Assembly (NCBI RefSeq): GCF_001194135.2
Contig: NC_068993.1
Location: 9,483,301 to 9,547,300, forward strand
Source: Octopus bimaculoides
Taxonomy: Eukaryota
Length of the DNA: 64,000 nucleotides
Direction: 5' to 3'
A model generated the notes under the pieces. It did not search any database, had not been told where the DNA came from, and saw only the letters and a program-made list of their open reading frames with translations. The position numbers were made by a program, and so were the translations under genes. This document shows, piece by piece, positions 13,939 through 27,210 of this stretch. Each line of letters opens with the position of its first letter. The first letter of the stretch is position 1.

Positions 13939-14659
13939 GACAGCAGCATTAGTAGTAGTAGCAGTCATAGTAGTTGTCATGGTGGTAGTATTATGCCAAG
14001 CACACATCTAGGAATAGGACACCCGATGACAGATGGAGACCAAACAGATTGAAATTCCACATAGACGAAAACATTGTAAATATTTCCCATCACTTAAGAT
14101 AGGGTTTAATGGTCTGGTGTAATTAATTGCAATCTTATTTAATTATTTACATCATAAAAGTTTAAAAACTTCAACAGATAATAAATCGTTTTCAGCGGGG
14201 GAACTTGAAGTAGATAGAGCTATAAATAATAGTGAGTAAATACTGAGTTTAAAAAAAACCCACCTTGGATGGAAAAATGTCAAAAGTTGCCCATGGAATT
14301 TGAACCCTAACTGTCCTTGGAACTACCGTTCTTCCAATGACTGATTAAACTATTAAAGAATGGAAGAAAAACCAAAAAAAGAGCAATAGTCATGATTATG
14401 ATAATCAATGTTGTAATTTTTGTGTCCATGTTTTCCCATTTCTGTGGGTATGTATATGTATATCTATATCCTTTTCTACTGTAGGGAGAAGGCCTGGAAT
14501 TTTGGGGGAGGGGGCCAGTCGATTAGATCAACCCCAGTACACAACTGATACTTAATTTACCAACCCAGAAAGGATGAAAGGCAAATTCAACTTCAGGGGA
14601 ATTTGAACTCAGAACATAAAGACAGATGAATACCGCTATGTATGTATGTATGTACACAC

Positions 14660-14920
14660 AAATGCTGAAATGGGTTAGATGTCACTTCTTGTCTCATCAA
14701 CTCTGTGTCATCTCATGTGTGATGTCTGAGATCCTGATGTATTATTGCACACATTACATCACATCTTTCCATATGTTTTCATTCGTCATCATCTTCTGTC
14801 ATGGTTACCTCACCTTCTGCTACCAAGGAGATGAGCAGACTTTCACTCAACGCCCAAATAGATGTTGCATACACAACAAAGACGACTGCATTGATAATAC
14901 GGTCATGTGATTTGTATGAA
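14660..14920 (-). mobile_element. Highly decayed LINE RT C-terminal fragment
   Basis: VLSMQSSLLYATSIWAL resembles the LLYGSETW motif. Confidence 0.4.
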
Positions 14921-15375
14921 TGCTGGTAGATGGGTACAGGAATGGCAGGAGACACATGTGGAAGGAAACAGTGGAAGAGGAGGACCCAAGTAAATATAGC
15001 CTCGGGCCGACCAAAGCCTTGTGAGTGGATTTGGTAGACGGAAACTGAAAGAAGCCCGTCGTATATATGTATATATATATATATATATATGTGGGTTTGT
15101 TTACGTCCCCGTAACTTAGCGGTTCGGCAAAAAGAGATTGATACAATAAGTACTAGGCTTACAAAGAATAAGTTCTGGGGTCGAATTGCTCGACTAAAGG
15201 CGGTGCTCCAGCATGGCCACAGTCAAATGACTGAAACAAGTAAAAGAGTAAAAGAGATGCAGTATAAGCTAATCACGAGATGACAAACCTCATAAAGATG
15301 ACAAAGAAATGCAACAAGTGTTGTTGCTTTAGGATGCTGTGTGGAAGAGGGCTCATCTAAAAGGGGAAAAGCAGA

Positions 15376-15415
<40 letters not shown>

Positions 15416-15433
15416 GAGTGTTTTAAATTTCTT

Positions 15434-15601
15434 TCAAATGCTATGTGTGGAGTTTCGTTCAATTCTGATGCAGAATTGAGAGCTTAGTTGGATCAATTTT
15501 TTGAGTCGAAATCAGGTGATTTCTACCAACGAGGTATTGAAAATCTTGTTGAACGTTGGGAAGAAGTTGTAAACAACAAGGGTGAATACATTATTGATTA
15601 A
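15434..15601 (+). pseudogene. Mariner transposase C-terminal fragment
   Basis: FNSDAELRA*LDQFFESKSGDFYQRGIENLVERWEEVVNNKGEYIID*; internal stop at 15485. Confidence 0.85.
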
Positions 15602-17755
15602 TTAGTTGTCATTTTTGTTGCATGTGATACATTTTTATGATCACATATTGCACCCCAACTAAACCAAATAAACTGCCAATGGTTATAAGTTTGAAGACAA
15701 GCAGGGATGTTTAGGTTAAACTTATGAAAAATGCTTTGGACAAGCAAAAGGGTCAATGTTCAATACGAAAATAAGGTAAATCAAATGTCTGCATGAAAAT
15801 AGGGGACGGAAAGTTGGTTTTAGAAAGGGTCTGTGGGTGGAAAAGAGAATGAAGAAAAAGAGTGCCGGATTGGGTGGGCAATGCAAGATACTGCAAGGGA
15901 AGGTCAGAAAAGAGGAGGCGGAGGAGAGACAAATATGTGAAGAGGGACGAAGATGCAAGGTGGGCCCAGATGGAGGTGTTGGTAGTGCTGGTGATGGTAT
16001 TAGTGCAGCTATTTAAATACGCTGCAACAAATTACACACGGCTGCTGACTCCTGTTAGTTCGCTTGTACTCAGCATTGACAGTATACATGTAATATTCCA
16101 GCTATGAGGCCTAATCTTGCAGGAAAACTAAATATACTCGATGGTGTCACCACATACATATTTATTAATATAAACATATATATGTATATTATACCTAACT
16201 TACCAGCTAACTAAGCTGTGTAAGCATTATCTAATCTAAACTAAGACAGCAACCATCATGGCCATGAACCTGTCAGATGACAACATTTATTTCAGAAGTT
16301 CATTGACTTCACATTAATAATAAGGTTAGATTTTCTCTCCACAATCAAATATAGCAAACCATGGAGAGAATTCTAGTGTGCATACAAGTATATATATATA
16401 TATAAATATTATAGTAATAGTGTATGCATGAGAGTGTGTGTATGTGTGCACGTGCACGTATACACACACACACACACACACATTCATGCACACATACACA
16501 CAGGAGTGGCTGTGTGGTAAGAGGTTTGCTTCCCAACCACATGGTTCCGGGTTCAGTTCCACTATATGGCGTCTAGAGCAAGTGTCCTCAGGCCAACCAA
16601 AATCTTGAGAGTGGGTTTGGTAGACAGAAACTGAAAGATACCTGTTGTGTATATATGTGTATGTGTATGTGTGTGTGGGGGGGGGTTAGCCATGTTTGTC
16701 CTCCACCGGTGGTGGAGTGTTTATGTCCCTGAATCTCAACAGTTTGGTCGAAGAGATTGCTAGAATAAGTACCAGACTTTAAAAAAAAAAAAAGAAAAAA
16801 TACTGGAGGTCAATTCATTTAACTAAAAATATGTCAAGGTGATGCCCCAGCATGGTCGCANNNNNNNNNNNNNNNNNNNNNNNNNNNNNNNNNNNNNNNN
16901 NNNNNNNNNNNNNNNNNNNNNNNNNNNNNNNNNNNNNNNNNNNNNNNNNNNNNNNNNNNNNNNNNNNNNNNNNNNNNNNNNNNNNNNNNNNNNNNNNNNN
17001 NNNNNNNNNNNNNNNNNNNNNNNNNNNNNNNNNNNNNNNNNNNNNNNNNNNNNNNNNNNNNNNNNNNNNNNNNNNNNNNNNNNNNNNNNNNNNNNNNNNN
17101 NNNNNNNNNNNNNNNNNNNNNNNNNNNNNNNNNNNNNNNNNNNNNNNNNNNNNNNNNNNNNNNNNNNNNNNNNNNNNNNNNNNNNNNNNNNNNNNNNNNN
17201 NNNNNNNNNNNNNNNNNNNNNNNNNNNCCCGTAACATAGCGGTTCGGCAAAAGAGACCGATAGAATAAGTACTAGGCTTCCAAAGAATAAGTCCTGGGGT
17301 CGATTTGCTCGACTAAAGGTGGTGCTCCAGCATGGCCACAGTCAAAAGACTGAAACAAGTAAAAGAGTAAAAGAGTAAAGAGTAATGTATGTAGCTCACT
17401 TGTTTTATGATTTATCAAGGATTTGACTAACAAGGCTATGGCCTTGAGTTGGCAAGGGTGGGTTTTAGGTTTGCAGGTGGGAACTGATACAGGACACTGA
17501 GGGACAGAAGTAACACTAAAAGGCATTGAGTTTCATCTTTCCCTTCTGTCAATTCACTGCCCAGGAACGGTCAATTGTTTTTGTGGACCCTGAAAGGATG
17601 AATAACAAAGCTAAGCTTGGTAGAATTTGATCTCAGATTGCAGAGAATCAGAATAGATACCAAAATATCCTAAATCCAATGCTTTAATGATTTTGCCAAT
17701 TCACAGTATTACATACAGAAGTGTGTATGTCCGTGTAAATGTATGTGTCTGTGTC

Positions 17756-17789
<34 letters not shown>

Positions 17790-17869
17790 TATATATATAC
17801 ACACTTGTATATATACTTAAAAAATTTACTATGTATATATGTATATAAATATGTGTCTATATATACATT

Positions 17870-18065
17870 ACATATGTGCGGGTGACACGTAAAAGCACCC
17901 ACTACACTCTCTGAGTGGTTGGCGTTAGGAAGGGCATCCAGCTGTAGAAACTCTGCCAAATCAGACTGGAGCCTGGTGTTGCCATCCGGTTTCACCAGTC
18001 CTCAGTCAAATCGTCCAACCCATGCTAGCATGGAAAGCGGACGTTAAACGATCATGATGATGATG
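17870..18065 (-). mobile_element. RTE 3'-UTR-derived short element with (CAT)n tail
   Basis: Nearly identical to 10220-10335; similar copies at 7605-7930, 18830-18975, 27720-27900, 39405-39600 and 40985-41140. Confidence 0.7.
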
Positions 18066-18082
18066 TATGTAATGTGCTTGTC

Positions 18083-18166
<84 letters not shown>

Positions 18167-20829
18167 CACACATATATACACACACACATACATCTATACA
18201 CTGCATCACTTAAAATCTCATATGGGTGTAAGATTGAAAACATGTTTTTGAAATTTGAAAAGAAATACCTCAAGCAGATATGAAGATTATCACACGTCTG
18301 ATAACAGGTCTTGGGCTAAATTAGGGCTGGTTTCTCATATTTTTATCAACAGTTAGTACAAACACATCTTGAAATTGGTAGATGCTCCCTCACCTAGACA
18401 CCCCTACATCTAGAGCAAGGAGGGGGTAAATGGACAAAAGAGGTAGTGAGAGAGTAAGAGAGAGATGAAATTATGTATGAACGTAAACTGCCATGAAAAA
18501 AAAAATTTTTAAACACACTATAAGAGATCAGTATGTATACGGGTGGGTGTATATTTTTTAATGTATGTGTATGTGTGTTTATGTTTATATCCATGTACTC
18601 AACTCCTGTCAGTGTCTTTCTGCAGCTCCAAAATAGTGAAGATTCAGTTGTAATCTATTTCTTTTTTTTTTACCCCCCAGTTTTATGCTGGTATTTCATC
18701 CCTCTTTTACATTCCGAGTTCAAATTCTGTTGAAGCTGACTTTGCCTTTCATCCTTTCAGGGTCAATAAAATAAGTATCAGATAGGCGGGGGCTACAAAA
18801 GAGGTCTCAGGGAGTAGCATCCCTGCCTTCCTGAGCCCACTCTGTAAAGTGGTTGGCATTAAGAAGGGCATCCAGCCATAGAAACTGTACCACAACAGAC
18901 AACTGGAGTCTGGACAGCTCCTGTCAAACCATCCAACCCATGCCAGCATGGAAAACGGACGTTAAACAACGATAATGCTGAATGTGAATAAATAAGAATA
19001 ATATTTGACAGAGTAATCTGAATGCCAAAGGGTTAAATCAACCATGTGTACTCTGTAATCCATTACAAAAGAAACAAGAAGCAAAAGAGTGTTTCAATGA
19101 AAAAAAAGGACATTAGCGTCTTAACTGAAGAACTGTGTGTTCAAATCACATCCCAGGTTCTAAGACGTACTCTGTGACATGAACAAATCTTTGCAAATTC
19201 TATTTTATCATCTCATTAATAAAAAAGTGAGGGGACAGAGGGTAAAATATTTCACTGAGATAGGAAGTAGGGGCTGATGTTTTTCAGTCTGGGAACTGCT
19301 GATCTAAATGACACTTGCAACCAGCAGTTTAGAAAGGGTTAAAACCCAAATATCATTAGATATTTAGTACGACACCATGTTAGCCTCACGTTCAATGTTT
19401 CTCTAACAACAGCATATAAGTTTCCTAAGGATCCCTTACATTAAAAAGATCCCAATTTTTAGTGAAAGTTTTCTCAGTAAATAAAGCTGTTTGTTTTAAC
19501 TTCTCTAGTTGGAGATTTATTGCTACACAACCTTAACCCTTTTGATACCAACCTGACTGAGACCACCCTTGGGTCTCTGATACAAACTTCCTGTTTTAAA
19601 GATATCTAATATAAAACTTTCCATCAAAATTAATTAATGTTCCATACACCAGACTATCAATGACAAAGTTACTTTTCCAAAGTTTTCGTTATTTTCATAA
19701 TTGAAACAAAGCAATGAATTTCTACAGAAAATATTTGGAAAAAAAAGTTAAAGTTGGAAGAGGGAACAGGTGATACTAAATGGTAAACATCCCAAACTGA
19801 GGAAACACAGTACAGGTACTGCAATAATCTAAAGGTTAATATAAACACACATAGCAGAAATCAGATCCTTCAAAGAATATTTGTTTGCTTTCATATATAT
19901 ATATATATATATATATATTTCCCATTCCATTAATATCTGGAAATATGTAATAATTAAAAATTGTTGGTGGTGCAAAAACAAAAAATAGATGACTGAACTT
20001 CTTAGCACACAAATCAAAACTTTAAAATCTTACATTATACATTATTTTAGTCTTCTTATGTTATTTCTATTTGCTAATGGTCTGAATGAGTGCAGATTTG
20101 TATTAGGAAGTGCATCCAGCTGTAAAAACACTAATGTTGCGAAATAATTTTTTCTTTTCTTAATTTGCAGACCCAGACATGTTTTGTCTGGAATAAAATA
20201 AGTAGGACAAGAAGAAAAATATAAAAAAAGAATCAAATATTGCAGCTAAGAATATTTTGTTACACAAATTTAAAGAAAGTATATTCATTTGCTATACAAC
20301 ACACACACACACACACATATATATATGTATATATATATATATATGCACATACACACACATGAGTTACCAAAGGTAAGCCTGTCTAAATTGTTAAGACATA
20401 CCAATAAATTCAAATGAAGAATAGTCTTAGATGAATATGAACATAGATATAGACACATAGCAAACATTTTACTTCCCAATCATACATGTGTGTATATATA
20501 TATATATATGTATCCATTCTGTCTTTAAGACTTGACCTATTTACCCTACACACATCTCTCACTTGACTTGAGACATCCTGGAAGTAAACATACGCAGTAT
20601 ACTTCGGACGCAATATGACATATATCCACCTCTGCTATTTCAGCCTTTGCTACAGCAACTATCTCTGGAAAATTCCCACAAGGATTATTTACATGGATAC
20701 TTGCTACTGGAATGAAGCTACACTCCAAGTACTGTTCTTTCTTTCTTCTTTCAGTGCATCACACTCACTCTCACTTCCTACTATAACTCTCCTCTTATAG
20801 ATATAATAATCGATTCCTTTACTATTTCT

Positions 20830-20878
20830 GTCTCCGATGAAGGGAAGCATTGGATCTTCCCTGAAACAGCTGTAAGAC
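20830..20878 (+). ncRNA. Minimal type I hammerhead-ribozyme motif (PLE-like), core CCGAUGA
   Basis: GTCT-CCGATGA-AGGGAAG/CTTCCCT stem II-GAAA-CAGCTG-TA-AGAC. Confidence 0.75.
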
Positions 20879-20942
20879 TCTATCCATAAAATATATTTCT
20901 AACTTTACCATTGTTCTCTTTATCCTTTTATATATTTATACA

Positions 20943-20984
<42 letters not shown>

Positions 20985-23900
20985 GTAGTAGGGGGTATCA
21001 TTTAAATGCCCACTTCTCCATGATTGCATAAGTCAGATGGAGTTTATTGAGGCAGATATGTTCTATGTCCAAATGCTCTTCCAGTTGCCAACCCTCCCCA
21101 GTTTCCAAGCAAGCTAATATTTCCCTGTGGCTAGACATGTTTTTTGCAAAATACTGGAAATGAATGACATTCATTTACAACAACTGCGTGATGGTACCAA
21201 GACAAGCAGACACAGACACACACACGTGTACATATATATACAACAAGCTTCTTTCAGTTTCCATCAACCAAATTCACTTGCATGTCTTTGGTAATCCCAG
21301 GTGCTACACAGTGGGACTGAACCCGTAAACCATGTAGTTGAGAAGCAAACTTTTAACCACACAGCTACACATGCACTTATCTTCACTAGATTTCTTAAAT
21401 GTCCTGTTATAATTCCTTCAAAGACATGTCTTAATCCTTCAAAGACGTGTCTTAATCCTTCTTTATCCTTGTCACTGCAATATACAGCTAACCTTATATA
21501 TTACTAACAACACACTGTGCAACCTAGCAGAGTCAAACAAGCCTAAAAAAGGCTATGGGCACAGCCTGCCTTCTGATTATTTTTATCATTATTATTATTA
21601 TTATTATATCATTTACATCATACCTTGTTCCTCTTAGCTGTTTAATAAGAAAGAAAGAAAAAAAAATTAAGATGAGCAATGAATATTAATATACATGTGT
21701 ATGTGTGCACGCATATGTGTGTATGTGTGCACGCATGTGTATGTGTGTGCACGCATGTGTGTGTATGTGTGTGCAGGTATGTCTGGCTACAAAAAAAAAT
21801 GCCACCCTAAAAAAAAAACCCAACAAAACCAAAGAACATAAAAAAAAATAAAAGACCCATCTATTTTTGCTTCAATAAAGAAAATACAACAAAATGCATT
21901 AAAATAAAACACAACAAAGTAGATGTCAACTATTTAAAGAAAAAGTTTTGTCTGCAATTTTTTTATTTTTATTATTGTTATTTGTGTTGTTTATTTCTGT
22001 ATTTGTTTCCTGTAGAAATATCTGCTGCCAATTGCAGTTACGTTAGTACATGTAACATTACAGGTTAGTTTGTTTCTATATATTCCACTGCAATAAAACT
22101 ATGCCATGTATCTATCTGTCTGGAAACCAGCCAGACTGAGAGCTTTGAGAGGTTGCCTAGAGAAGAAATAATAATAATTATTATTATTACAGTAATAGTA
22201 ATAATAATAAGCCCTTCTATGATAGGCACAACGCCTGAAATTTGAGGGGAGGAGGATAGTTCATTACAAAAACCCCAGTGTCCAAATTGGTATTTATTCT
22301 CTAGAGTCTGAAAGGATTAAAGGCAAAGTCAACCTCGGTGGGATTTGAACTCAGAACACAAAGACAGACAAAAAGCTGCTAAGCATTTTGGCCAGCATGC
22401 TAACGATAATAGTCTTTTCTATTATAAACACAAAGCCTGAAATATTTTTTTTTGGGGGGGGGAGGCTAGTTGAGTACATCAACTCCAGAGTTCAACTGGT
22501 ATTTATTTCATCGACCCCACTGAAAGGGTGAAAACAAAATTGACCTTGGCAGAATTTGAACTCAGAACGTACAGATGTATGTGCTAACAATACTGCCAGC
22601 TCACCACATTGTAAAAAATAATGATGAGAAGAGGTACCACACAAAAGTCAGATGTCAACAGGTTGTAACCTTCCAAGAGCTTTAGGAAGACAAAACGATG
22701 AGATCTGACATGGATCAAACTAACCTTTAATATTATCAATCGCTATCTGGCTGGATGCATACATGATAAAAACTGATGACCGCCTCTACTGAACTGTAAA
22801 ACAACAAATCTATTCCATCAAGAAAGAAGTGGTGCATTCTAAGCTATATATAATGGGTTTCTTTCAGTTTCTGTCTACCAAATCCACTCACAAGGTTTTG
22901 GTCGGCCCGAGGCTGTAGTAGAAGACACTTGCCCAAAGTGCCATGCAGTAGGACTGAACCTGGAACCATGTGGTTGGTAAGCAAGCTACTTACCACGCAT
23001 GTATATGACAGGCTTCTTTCAGTTTCGGTCTATCAAATCTACTCACAAGGCTTTGGTTGGCCCAAAGTTACAATAGAAGATACTTGTCCAATCTACCACA
23101 CAGTGGGACTGAACCCAGAATCATGTAGTTGGGAAGTAAAATTCTTAACCACACGGCCATGCCTGTGCCCATGTGAATATCCATTCGTTCCTGCTTCTAT
23201 GGTGGGTGTAACATTGTCTCAACGATGGGATGGAGAGATGTGAGACTGGCGAGTATTTAGCTGTCACAGGGAAGGTGGTGTCACAACGGTGTCTAGTCTT
23301 GTGGGAGATGAAAAAGTTAGCAGATAAACGGCAGCTGAGCCTACTTTATGAAGCTCAGCCGATAGCACTGGAAAGTGGAACAAAATGAATATAGAAGACT
23401 GATGAACATAATATTGTATAGAAATAAACTTTGAACCAGAGAGAGGTAAAACTGATTTAAAATTAAATTAAATTACAAACACGCACACACACACGTGTAT
23501 AGCCTTTACTCAAAGGCAGCTTCCTTTTCAAAGAGGGGAGGTGGGAGAGAGGGGGTGGGAGAGAGGGGGAGGTGAGAGAGAGAGAAAGAAAGGTGAGAGT
23601 CTCAATGGACAAGGGAAAAGATTTGAAAGAGAAGTTATTGTACAGAAATAAAATTAAAAGAAAAGAGCTAAAATGGTAATTAAAGTGAAAATTAAGTTAG
23701 CTTGTAGGCTTCTTCCTCCAGAAGTAAATCTGAACTAGTAAATCTGAACTAGTCATTACAATAATGCACTGTCGGAATAATCAATCCAAACTATCATACT
23801 TGGGGGTTCAATCGATAAGAAACAGCAAACGAATCTCCCTCATATCACAGCCTGCAAACTACTGTACAGCGAGATTGAACCTGAAACCACATGGTTATGA

Positions 23901-24094
23901 AGTGATTGTCTCACCCCAAAATATAAATATACACACACTAACTCTGCCACACTAACCTTTCATCATCTAAAACAAGATCACCTCCTCCAATGCCCTCCTC
24001 CTCCCAAAGTTTCTTGTCTTGCAGAGAGAGAGATAGAGAGAGAGAGAGAAAGAGAAAGAGATAGAAAGAGAGAGAGAGAGAGAGATAGAAAGAG

Positions 24095-24127
<33 letters not shown>

Positions 24128-24137
24128 NNNNNNNNNN

Positions 24138-24170
<33 letters not shown>

Positions 24171-24175
24171 TAGAG

Positions 24176-24211
<36 letters not shown>

Positions 24212-25199
24212 GGACAGATAAAATATATGTCATTCTTTTAACATTTTTAAACGTCAACTCTTCCATACTTGGATGACTCAGACAAGATTTGTTGAGGTGA
24301 ATTTTCTACAGCTGGATGCTCTTTCTGTTGCCAACCTTCACTTGTTTCTACATGAAGCGATATTTCCCCATGACCAAATGTTTTCACAGAAGATTGGAAA
24401 TTTCCACCTAGAAAGTTCTCCTCCGAGGCACAAGTCCTGGCAAGGTGGTTTGTGGAAGACCGGCAGTCCCCCATGCTTACCAGGCCTCCCCTCTCCATGT
24501 CACCGATGTTATCCAAGGGAAAGGCAAAGGCTGATACAGCTCGGTACCAGTGACGTTGCAATTCATTTCTACAGATGAGTAAACTGGAGCAACATGAAAA
24601 TAAAGTGTCTTGCTCAAGAACCCAACATACAACCTGGTCTGGGAATCGAACTCACTCCCTCATGATTGTGAACCTGATGCTCTAACCACTGAACCATGCA
24701 TCTTTTCACACACACACACACACACACACACATCGATATGCACACATTTGCACACAACAGGTGTATTTCAGCTTCTCTCCACCAAATCCAAGAACAAAGA
24801 TTTTATCAGCCTGGGGCTACAGTAGAAGACTCTTGCCCTCGGTGCCATGCAGTGAGACAGATGCTAGAACCAAATGGTTGGAAAGCAAACTTCTTAACCA
24901 CACAGCCACGCCTGTGCTTGTGTGTGTGTGTGTGTGTATTGCCTGGCAACTCTTGGCGCAAGTCCAAACCCAAATGCACAGATCTGACATGAGACTAAGT
25001 ACAGATGTCCTGATTGCAGAGTATGGTTGTTATATTAACATTTAAAAATATTAGTAGAGCGATGTGTAATCAGAACAGAGGATGGTTTATTTTTGTATTT
25101 AGCTTTCGTTTTATTGTATTTTGTTTTGTGTATTTATTTATTTTGCTTCTTCATGCTTAGATTTCCTTCCTGCTTTCGACTATTTCATGTTAACGAAGA

Positions 25200-25560
25200 A
25201 GGTTGGGTGGCGAAGATGGAGAAGACGCGGCAAGAGAAAAGACGAAGGAGGGAGAGAGAGAGAGAGAGAGGGAAGGAAGGAAGGAATAGAAAAAGGAGAC
25301 ACAAAGAATAAGAAAGGAAATAAGATGGAGAGAGGAAGAGAATGAAGAAAAAATGGAAGAGGAAAGGAAGAAAAAAGAAATAGAGAAAGGAGAAAGATAA
25401 GAATAAGGGGAATAGAATGAGGATGAGAATAATACAGGGAAGAAAATAACAGGAAGAAGGTGAAGAAGAGAGGAAGACGAGAAAGAGGAGAGAAAGATAA
25501 AGAAGAAAAAATTGGAAAGAAGTGAGAATGAAGACTACAGGGTAAACTTGACAGAGTGGA
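25200..25560. repeat. Polypurine (GA/GAA-rich) low-complexity tract
   Basis: Visible in sequence. Confidence 0.85.
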
Positions 25561-25831
25561 ATGAACAGGAAAAGCACAAATTAGTAATTAAGAAAACTGC
25601 ACAAGAAGAAAGTTGACAGCTTGCTAAAGTATAGAGATAGAAATATCTAGGAAGTATTAAGAGCAGAGGCATGGCTGTTGTGGTTAAGAAGCTCACTTTG
25701 AGACCACATGGCTTCAGGTTCGGTCCCACTGTGCAACAAATTGAGCAAGTGACTTCTACTGTAGTTCAGGGGTGACCATTGCATTGTAAGGGAATTTAGC
25801 AGACAGAAATGGTGTGGGAATCCATTGCGTG

Positions 25832-25862
<31 letters not shown>

Positions 25863-26149
25863 TTCATACAAGCATTACGAAACTAATAACCTGGTGTAGA
25901 ACTCGATATACATAGTCTTTAGAATGAAGCGTTAGTCGAGTACAGAACAGTAACAAAACAATGAGATGACAAAGAAATAATTATCTTATGAACTTCATAA
26001 GCTTACATTTGTTTCTGCTATAAGGTGTCACTCAGGCACTCAACTATGAGTCCACTGCATCTTATAGCAGAAACAACTGTAAGCTAATGAATGTCATAAA
26101 ATAATTGTTTGTTCCTTTGTCTCATTTTCTTATATATATATATATATAT

Positions 26150-27210
26150 CATCATCATCATCATTTAACATGTGTTTTTCCATGCTGGCAAACCGGAGAG
26201 CTGCATCAGGTTCCAGTCTGATTAGGCATGGCTTTTATAGTTGGATGTCTTCCTAACAGCAAACACTTTACAGTGTGTGTGCTGGTTGCTTTTATGTGGC
26301 ACTGCACAGGCACTTTTACATGGCACCAGCACAGGATTCTTGCAGGCCAATCCAACTTTCTGCTATTGTACAAGGATGAGTCCAAAAGGCGTACAATTTT
26401 TTTATCCTAAGAGACGCATTTTCCTAAGAAATTATTTGTTATTTGGTATACTCCAGTGGGAGTGGCCTTAACACTTCTGCTGTGGAGCTTGGGTCTTCTA
26501 GTGTACAGCAAGGCACCAGGTATCTCAGTCTTTTGCCATCTTGTTTGAAAAGTTCAGTGTCCTGAGGTCATCCTTCAGTACTTTATTCCATGTTTTCTTG
26601 GGTTTCCCTCTTCCACATGTTTCATCCACTTTAAGAGATTGGCACTTCTTCATGGAACTGTTGGCAACTATTCACATCAAATGGCCAAACCAGCACAGTC
26701 CTCTCTCTTGCACACAGCAACCTCTTATGCCTAACTTCTCTCTCAATACACTTGCACTCTGTTGAACATGTACACTTATATTATGCATCCGGTGAAGCAT
26801 ACTAGCCTCATTCCTCTCTAGCTTTTGCATGTCCTCTGCATTCAGAGCCCATGTCACACTATGTAGAATTGCTGTCTGTATACATGAATCATATAATTTT
26901 CATTTCACATGGCAAGAAACCTTTGGTTGCCAATAGAAGTAAAAGCTCACTGAATTTCCTCCATTCTATTCTTATTCTAGCTACTACACTCTCCATACAT
27001 CCTCCCCCGTTTTCCTTGTACATTGTTGGTTATCCGTTGTGGTTGATTATAGGCATGAGCGACTTTTCAGTCAGACAGAAATTTAGGTCAACATTATCTA
27101 ATGTTGCTTCTAAACCTAAGCAAATGGGGTACAATGTGCAAGACTTGGTTGCTACTTCTAGGAAGTTGAGTGACTCCACAGTTGCTCCCTCTAGGGCTTC
27201 CATCAGTTAG
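26150..27210 (-). mobile_element. Decayed RTE-clade LINE (RT C-terminal part + 3' UTR)
   Basis: ARIRIEWRKFSEL..., TWALNAEDMQKLERNEASMLHRM..., LCWFGHLM with frameshifts; (CAT)n tail near 26150. Confidence 0.8.

Noticed and set aside
15221-15242. Family A SINE tail AGTC-AAAT-GACT-GAAA-CAAG-TA resembles the 3' half of a hammerhead (CATG variant near 60625)
   Set aside because: No CUGANGA directly upstream in any copy; more simply the LINE-recognition stem-loop plus tandem-repeat tail usual for SINEs.
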